The position numbers and the translations under genes are program-made. Positions 26,567-32,000 of a DNA stretch of 32,000 nucleotides are shown here, in pieces. The notes beneath the pieces were generated by a model that saw nothing but the letters and a program-made list of their open reading frames with translations, was not told the DNA's origin and searched no databases. Where the stretch lies: contig NZ_LN831039.1 of assembly GCF_001457595.1 (NCBI RefSeq), forward strand, positions 2,730,001-2,762,000. Direction: 5' to 3'. The DNA comes from Mycolicibacterium smegmatis. Its GTDB lineage: Bacteria; Actinomycetota; Actinomycetes; Mycobacteriales; Mycobacteriaceae. Each line of letters opens with the position of its first letter. Position 1 is the first letter of the stretch.

Positions 26567-26901
26567 AGCGGATGTTCTGGGCCGGTTTCGCCGTCGTCAT
26601 CCTGATCATCGCCGGTGGCGTGTCCTATCTCGCGAGCGGCAGTCCCGACGGGCTGGATTCGGCCACGTTGAAGGGCTGCCAGGTCGTCGAGACCGACCAC
26701 GGCGAGGAACTGACCGGTGACTGCATCGCACAGCACGCGACCGAACACCCCATGGCCGCGTCGCCGCTGGCGGACTATTCGATCGGCGGTCGCACCGGCA
26801 CCGGTGGCGTGGCCGGGATCATCGGGGCACTGGTGACGGTCCTGATCGCAGGCGGGGCCTTTCGGATGATCGCGCGCCGCAAGCACACATCGGGCCGCTG
26901 A
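26563..26901 (+). CDS. PDGLE-domain small membrane protein (CbiN-like auxiliary component)
   Basis: 112 aa with N- and C-terminal transmembrane helices. It has a GSPDGLD motif and an extracytoplasmic Cys/His/Asp-rich loop. GTGA overlap with cbiM. Confidence 0.75.
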   Translation: MKRMFWAGFAVVILIIAGGVSYLASGSPDGLDSATLKGCQVVETDHGEELTGDCIAQHATEHPMAASPLADYSIGGRTGTGGVAGIIGALVTVLIAGGAFRMIARRKHTSGR

Positions 26902-26902
26902 C

Positions 26903-27682
26903 ATGGCGGGCGGGCACGCGCATCCGCTTTACCGCCAGGGTGATTCGGCGCTGCACCGCCTCGCGCCGGAGGTGAAGATCGTGTGCCTCGTGGTGTTCGT
27001 CGTCGCGGTGGTGGCGACACCACGCGAGACCTTCTGGCCGTTCGGCGTGTACGCGCTGATCATCGTGTCGATGTGGGCGGTGGCGAAGATCCCGCCGGCG
27101 TGGGTGCTCCCGCGCATGCTCATCGAGGCGCCGTTCTTGATCCTGGCGGTTCTGCTGCCGTTCGCCGAAGGCGGCGAACGCGTCGAGTTCGCCGGCCTTC
27201 AGTTGTCGGTCACGGGCCTGTACGCCGCATGGGGGATCGTCGTCAAGGGCACCCTCGGGGTCGCGGCGTCGCTCACCGTGGCCGCCACCACGACCGCGCG
27301 CGAGTTACCCCTCGCACTGAGCCGGCTGGGCGTGCCCGGCACGGTCATCTCGATGCTCACCTTGATGATCCGCTACATCGACGTCCTGAGCACCGAGGCC
27401 AACCGTATGCGCATGGCCCGGATCTCACGCGGGGACTCACCCCGGGGCCTCCATCAGGCCGGCGCGATCGCGAAGAGTGTCGGTGCGCTGTTCCTGCGGT
27501 CCTACGAGCGCGGTGAGCGCGTCTATCTGGCCATGCTGTCGCGCGGCTACGAGGGCCGGATCCCCGAGCTCGCCGTGGGCGCCGGGTCCGCGGCCGCCGC
27601 CACGCCGCGGCAGTGGCTGGTTGCGGCGGTGCCGGTGAGCGCCGCGGTGCTCGTTGCCGCGACCGCGTGGGGGCTGCGATGA
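26903..27682 (+). CDS. cbiQ: ECF transporter transmembrane (T) component CbiQ
   Basis: 259 aa polytopic protein with the conserved ARxxR-type coupling region (MRMARISRG). It lies between the cbiN-like gene and cbiO. Confidence 0.85.
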   Translation: MAGGHAHPLYRQGDSALHRLAPEVKIVCLVVFVVAVVATPRETFWPFGVYALIIVSMWAVAKIPPAWVLPRMLIEAPFLILAVLLPFAEGGERVEFAGLQLSVTGLYAAWGIVVKGTLGVAASLTVAATTTARELPLALSRLGVPGTVISMLTLMIRYIDVLSTEANRMRMARISRGDSPRGLHQAGAIAKSVGALFLRSYERGERVYLAMLSRGYEGRIPELAVGAGSAAAATPRQWLVAAVPVSAAVLVAATAWGLR

Positions 27683-28428
27683 CCGACACGGCGATTTCGA
27701 TCGCGGCCCTGCGCCACGTGTACCCCGACGGCCACATCGGCCTCGACGGCGTCGACCTCGAGGTCGCCGAGGGGGAGCGCGTCGCGGTGCTCGGGCCCAA
27801 CGGCGCAGGCAAGACCACGCTGATGCTGCACCTCAACGGGGTGCTCACGGCCACGTCGGGAACGGTCCGGATCTGCGGTGTGCCCGTGGCCAGAAACACG
27901 CTGCGCGACATCCGCCGACGCGTCGGCCTGGTGTTCCAGGACCCCGACGATCAGTTGTTCATGCCGACCGTGGCGCAGGACGTCGCCTTCGGGCCTGCCA
28001 ACTTCGGGCTGGCGGGGGAGGAACTGGCGGCGCGGGTCCGGCACGCACTCGAGCTGGTGTCGCTCACCGAGCACGCCGACCGCAGCCCGGCGCACCTGTC
28101 GGGCGGGCAGCGCCGCCGCGCCGCGTTGGCCACGGTGCTCGCGTGCGACGCCGAGATCCTGGTGCTCGACGAGCCTTCGGCCAACCTCGATCCGGTGGCG
28201 CGTCGCGAACTCGCGGAAACCCTTGCCGCACTGGATGTCACGATGCTGATCGTCACACACGACCTGCCGTACGCCGCGCAACTGTGCACCCGCGCGGTCG
28301 TCATCGACGACGGTCGCGTGGTCGCCGACGGTGACATCGGGGAGATCCTGGGCGATGCCCACCTGCTCGCCGCGCACCGGCTCGAACTGCCCTGGGGCTT
28401 CGCGGTTCCGGAACGCTCGCGGAACTAG
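27679..28428 (+). CDS. cbiO: ECF transporter ATPase CbiO
   Basis: Walker A GPNGAGKTT, signature LSGGQRRR and Walker B ILVLDEP. ATGA overlap with cbiQ. Confidence 0.9.
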   Translation: MTDTAISIAALRHVYPDGHIGLDGVDLEVAEGERVAVLGPNGAGKTTLMLHLNGVLTATSGTVRICGVPVARNTLRDIRRRVGLVFQDPDDQLFMPTVAQDVAFGPANFGLAGEELAARVRHALELVSLTEHADRSPAHLSGGQRRRAALATVLACDAEILVLDEPSANLDPVARRELAETLAALDVTMLIVTHDLPYAAQLCTRAVVIDDGRVVADGDIGEILGDAHLLAAHRLELPWGFAVPERSRN

Positions 28429-28438
28429 CGCGGCCGGC

Positions 28439-29824
28439 TCACTCCTGCAGGCCCAGCAGCGCGTTCTCGATCACCTCGGGCAGCGCCGGGTGGATCCAGT
28501 ACTGCCCGCGGGCGATCTCCTGCGCCGTCTGTCCCAGGCTCATGGCCTGGATGAGCGGCTGGATGATCGACGACGCCTGATGGCCCAGGATGTGGGCGCC
28601 TAGCAGCTTGCCGGTGCCGCGCTCACCGATCAGCTTGGCGATGCCGGTCGTGTCCTCCATGGCCCAGCCGTAAGCGGTGTCGCCGTAGTTCTGGACCTTG
28701 ACCACGATGTCGTGGCCGGCCGCGCGGGCCTCGGCCTCGGTCAGGCCGACCGTCGCGACCTGCGGATCGGTGAACACCGCCGACGGCACGAAGCGGTGAT
28801 CGCTGGCCACCAGCGAGGCGGTGTCGTCCCAGTCGCGCAGCAGGTTCTCCTTGACCACGCGCGCCTCGTGGTTGGCCACATGCTTGAGCTGGTAATCCGA
28901 GGACACATCGCCGAGCGCGAAAACGCCCCGGGCCGTTGTGCGTTGGTACTGATCGACGATCACGCGGCCGTCCTCGTCGACCTCGACACCGGCCAGCTCG
29001 GCGTCGAGCAGGTCACCGTTGGGCACCCGGCCGGTGGCCACCAGCAGCGTGTCGGCGGCGACCGTCTTGCCGTCGTCGAGTTCGAGCACGATCCGGTCGC
29101 CGTCCTGGTGGGATCCGATCACGTTCTCGTGTGTGCGGATGTCCCACTTGGTGGCGGCGATCTCGTTGAACCGGTGGCAGATCGTCTCGTCGCAGTGCGT
29201 GAGCAGACCGTCACCGCGCACCACGATCGTGACGTGCACGCCAAGCGCGGAGAACACGTGCGCGAACTCCGCCGAGACGAACCCGCCGCCGATGATCACG
29301 AGATCGGTGGGTAGTTCCGGGATCCGCATGATGTCGTCACTCGTGTGGTACTTGACGCCGCAATCCACCACCGCGGGCGGGATGTAGGTGCGTGAACCCG
29401 CGGCGATCACCACCTGATCGCTGGTGAACTCCTCACCCGACTCGGTGCGCAGCGTGTAGCGGCCGTCGTCGGTCTTCGGCCCGAAACGGGTGTGGCTGGA
29501 GTACACCGTGATGTTCGGATCCGACCGCCGGTAGTCCTCGCCGCCCGCGGCGATCGGGTCGATACGCCCGAACACCCGCTCGACGATGTCGGGCCAGCGG
29601 ACCTTGTCGATGTGGGCGTCGACGCCGTATCGCGCACTCGTGCGGACACTGTGGGCCACCTCGGCGGCGTACACGAACATCTTGGTGGGGATGCATCCCA
29701 CGTTCAGGCAGGTTCCGCCGAACGTGCCCTGCTCGCAGATCGCGACCTTCTTGCCGGCGTAGCGGTCGTCGACGATGCTGTTGCCCGACCCCGTGCCGAT
29801 GATCGCCAGATCGTAATGCTCCAC
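28439..29824 (-). CDS. mtr: Mycothione (mycothiol disulfide) reductase
   Basis: 461 aa pyridine nucleotide-disulfide oxidoreductase with redox-active [13 protein letters not shown] and the [11 protein letters not shown] motif. Synteny with Rv2855. Confidence 0.88.
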   Translation of the reverse strand: MEHYDLAIIGTGSGNSIVDDRYAGKKVAICEQGTFGGTCLNVGCIPTKMFVYAAEVAHSVRTSARYGVDAHIDKVRWPDIVERVFGRIDPIAAGGEDYRRSDPNITVYSSHTRFGPKTDDGRYTLRTESGEEFTSDQVVIAAGSRTYIPPAVVDCGVKYHTSDDIMRIPELPTDLVIIGGGFVSAEFAHVFSALGVHVTIVVRGDGLLTHCDETICHRFNEIAATKWDIRTHENVIGSHQDGDRIVLELDDGKTVAADTLLVATGRVPNGDLLDAELAGVEVDEDGRVIVDQYQRTTARGVFALGDVSSDYQLKHVANHEARVVKENLLRDWDDTASLVASDHRFVPSAVFTDPQVATVGLTEAEARAAGHDIVVKVQNYGDTAYGWAMEDTTGIAKLIGERGTGKLLGAHILGHQASSIIQPLIQAMSLGQTAQEIARGQYWIHPALPEVIENALLGLQE

Positions 29825-29828
29825 GTGC

Positions 29829-30860
29829 TCACCTATCCCGAACGAGTCGTTGTGTCGGATTCTGCAGGCTCAGATACTCGTCGAGCCACCGGTCGAGTTC
29901 GCGATAGGCCTGCGCCCTGGGCTCGGCCAGCGACAGGAACACGTCGTGCTTGGCGTCGGGGATCGCCACGATCGTGCTGCGGCCGCCGACGCACCCCGCC
30001 CAGCGTGCGATCTGGCGGACGTCGAGGACCGCGTCGCCGCGCTGTATCGCCTCCGGGTCGTCGGTCTCACGCACGCTGTGGTCGGACCGCAGGATCAGGT
30101 TTGGCACCCCGACGTCGAGGCCGCGGTGCAACTGGGCCTGTCCGCGGCGGATCGCGTTGATCCACCCGAGCGTGATCGGGAACCCGCCCACCGGTTTCCA
30201 GTCGAGGTTGTACTCGAACTCGCCGTGGTAGTCACGGTGCAGCGTGGTGCCGTAGCCACCCACGGTGGGTTTGCGGATCACCGTGTGCTTGCGCCACCGC
30301 GCCAGCGCGCGCAGCGTCAGCGACGTCGGCGCGGTGCGCAGGATGCCCGGGCCGTGCAGGTCGAAGAACGGGCTGTTGAGCACCAGTCCGGTGATGTTGT
30401 GCGTGGCCTGCCTGTTCCGCCGCCGCATCCGGTCGGCGAACAACGTGACGATCAGCCCGCCCGCGGAATGGCCGTACAGGCAGACCCGCGCGCCCGCGGT
30501 GTCGTAGCCGATGATCGAGAGCGCCTGCTCCAGTTCGGCGTCGTACCGGGTCAGGTCCGTCGTGAAGTGCGGTGTCTGCCCGTCGCGGCGCGACCGGCCG
30601 CACTTGTCGAGATCGAGCGCGTAGAACGCGAAGCCGTGCGCGGCGAACCGGTCGGCGAGCTCGGTGTTGAAGAAGTAGTCGGTATAACCGTGCAGTGCCA
30701 GCACCGCGTGCTCGGCGCGGCCGGTGCTCTCCGGATCGCCGCGGCGCACCAGTGTCGCGAACAGATCGCCTTCACCGTCGGGATCCGGACCGAGGTCGAT
30801 CGTGCGTTGCCAGAACCCCGGCAGTACATCCGGCTCCCATGAGGGTTCCCGTGACGTCAC
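29829..30860 (-). CDS. Alpha/beta hydrolase (lysophospholipase / monoglyceride lipase-like, Rv2854-like)
   Basis: Nucleophile elbow GHSAGG. The gene ends 4 nt before the mtr start, so it is probably in an operon with mtr. GTG at 30860 is preceded on the minus strand by TACTGT (30867-30872) at 6 nt. The track start at 30983 would add 41 residues and has no ribosome-binding signal. Confidence 0.75.
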   Translation of the reverse strand: MTSREPSWEPDVLPGFWQRTIDLGPDPDGEGDLFATLVRRGDPESTGRAEHAVLALHGYTDYFFNTELADRFAAHGFAFYALDLDKCGRSRRDGQTPHFTTDLTRYDAELEQALSIIGYDTAGARVCLYGHSAGGLIVTLFADRMRRRNRQATHNITGLVLNSPFFDLHGPGILRTAPTSLTLRALARWRKHTVIRKPTVGGYGTTLHRDYHGEFEYNLDWKPVGGFPITLGWINAIRRGQAQLHRGLDVGVPNLILRSDHSVRETDDPEAIQRGDAVLDVRQIARWAGCVGGRSTIVAIPDAKHDVFLSLAEPRAQAYRELDRWLDEYLSLQNPTQRLVRDR

Positions 30861-31110
30861 GCTCCCACAGTAGCGGCGCGGACCGCGCCGGGTTACCGCC
30901 CAGTCGCAAACCTGCGTCCCAAACACCGTGGTAGGAGGGGTCGCGGGCGGGCATCGGTCGTGGAAGTGACCGATCGCACTCACGTGGCACCACCATGCTG
31001 GGCAATCGCGTTATCGGCTCGCGATAACCTGAGCAGAGGAACTGCTGCTGAACCAGCCGACGGGATGTTCGGTTCATGGGCCACGCGACGAAGAAGGGCT
31101 AGCGATCAGG

Positions 31111-32000
31111 GTGTCTGAGGCAAACGCAGGTACGAACGCGAAGACTGACGTCGTGTTGGTGGGGGCCGGCATCATGAGCGCAACGCTGGGCACTCTCATC
31201 AAGCTGCTGGAGCCCAACTGGTCGATCACGATGATCGAGCGCCTCGACGGCGCCGCGGCCGAGAGCAGCGATCCGTGGAACAACGCGGGCACCGGGCACT
31301 CTGCGCTGTGCGAGCTCAACTACACGCCCGCGCTGCCCGACGGCACCATCGACATCAGCAAGGCCGTCAACGTCAACGAGCAGTTCCAGGTCTCGCGGCA
31401 GTTCTGGGCCCACGCCGTCGAGAACGGTGTACTGCCCGACGTCCGCAGCTTCCTCAACCCTGTGCCGCATGTGAGTTTTGTGTACGGCGCCGACAACGTG
31501 CAGTACCTCAAGGCGCGTTACAACGCCCTGGTCACCAACCCGCTGTTCGCGTCGATGGAGTTCATCGACGACAAGGACGAGTTCACGCGGCGCCTGCCGT
31601 TGATGGCGGAGAAGCGCGATTTCTCGGAACCGGTCGCGCTGAACTGGTCGCAGCACGGCACCGACGTCGACTTCGGATCGCTGTCGCGACAGCTGATCGG
31701 ATTCGCCGCGGGCAACGGCATGACCACCATGTTCGGTCACGACGTGCGCGACCTGAGCAAGAATTCCGACGGCAGCTGGACCGTGAAGGTGCGAAACCGC
31801 CGGACCGGCAACAACTTCAAGATCAACGCGAAGTTCGTCTTCGTCGGTGCGGGTGGCGGTGCGCTGCCGCTGCTGCAGAAGTCGGGTATCCCCGAGGCCA
31901 AGGGCTTCGGCGGGTTCCCGGTGGGTGGCGCCTTCCTGCGCACCAACAAGCAGCACCTCACCTCGCGTCACAACGCCAAGGTCTACGGCCTGCCGCCGCT
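31111..32000 (+). CDS. mqo: Malate:quinone oxidoreductase, N-terminal part; 3' end lies outside the window
   Basis: Not in the ORF track because there is no stop codon in the window. My own translation gives [45 protein letters not shown]...[21 protein letters not shown], which is typical Mqo. The frame stays open to 32000. Confidence 0.88.
   Translation, partial: MSEANAGTNAKTDVVLVGAGIMSATLGTLIKLLEPNWSITMIERLDGAAAESSDPWNNAGTGHSALCELNYTPALPDGTIDISKAVNVNEQFQVSRQFWAHAVENGVLPDVRSFLNPVPHVSFVYGADNVQYLKARYNALVTNPLFASMEFIDDKDEFTRRLPLMAEKRDFSEPVALNWSQHGTDVDFGSLSRQLIGFAAGNGMTTMFGHDVRDLSKNSDGSWTVKVRNRRTGNNFKINAKFVFVGAGGGALPLLQKSGIPEAKGFGGFPVGGAFLRTNKQHLTSRHNAKVYGLPP

Noticed and set aside
15760-30860. 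Shared CRE-like palindrome, TGACGTCA upstream of glnA4 (15760-15767) and GTGACGTCAC at 30851-30860, as sites for a common regulator
   Set aside because: There are only two occurrences. The second overlaps the start codon and first codons of the Rv2854-like gene. No known actinobacterial regulator motif fits, so chance is the simpler explanation.
30861-30983. Longer start (GTG at 30983) for the Rv2854-like hydrolase
   Set aside because: The extra 41 residues (MSAIGHFHDRCPPATPP...) look non-coding, and no ribosome-binding or promoter signal precedes them. The start at 30860 gives a protein close to the M. tuberculosis orthologue length as I recall it, and it has -10 geometry.
1-32000. Searched for mobile elements, CRISPR arrays, tRNA/rRNA, toxin-antitoxin pairs and defence-system-like gene sets
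   Set aside because: There are no long terminal or inverted repeats, no transposase-, integrase- or Cas-like translations in any frame, no spaced direct-repeat array, and no cloverleaf-sized conserved RNA in the short intergenic gaps. The toxin-antitoxin modules I recall at the equivalent M. tuberculosis positions are absent.

Overview
High-GC actinobacterial chromosome. Gene content and order match the mycobacterial rip1-ispG ... mapB-glnA4 ... mtr-mqo block, which I recall as M. tuberculosis Rv2869c to Rv2852c (from memory, not searched). The extra genes point to a fast-growing Mycolicibacterium, M. smegmatis-like. About 37 protein genes are tightly packed on both strands. I found no rRNA, tRNA, CRISPR array, IS element or prophage. 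Left to right: rip1 (partial), ispG, a GNAT, a divergent redoxin/TetR pair, PBP-lipo, a DUF1707 protein, a PaaI thioesterase and mapB coupled to an orphan cobQ. Next come a divergent DUF2000/AraC pair, a lipoprotein and a degenerate alpha/beta-hydrolase. The asnO-ngg pair follows, predicted to make the osmolyte N-acetylglutaminylglutamine amide (NAGGN). A 352-bp divergent control region separates it from a five-gene glnA4 gamma-glutamylation operon (glnA4, C26 hydrolase, aldehyde dehydrogenase, SDR, GntR). After that come IclR-pcaHGBC, a second GntR, an ArsR/SmtB regulator with a cbiM/PDGLE/cbiQ/cbiO ECF metal transporter, mtr with its upstream hydrolase, and the 5' part of mqo. Most of this is ordinary core or accessory metabolism, and I see no clearly new multi-gene system. 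Four items deserve follow-up. First, the ArsR-type regulator has a perfect dyad operator over the -35 of an importer promoter, which is the opposite of normal ArsR logic. Second, the NAGGN cluster is unstudied in mycobacteria as far as I know. Third, the 352-bp region between asnO and glnA4 is largely unexplained. Fourth, many genes show leaderless-mRNA promoter geometry, which also fixes their start codons. Many long ORFs in the supplied track are high-GC antisense or out-of-frame artefacts.
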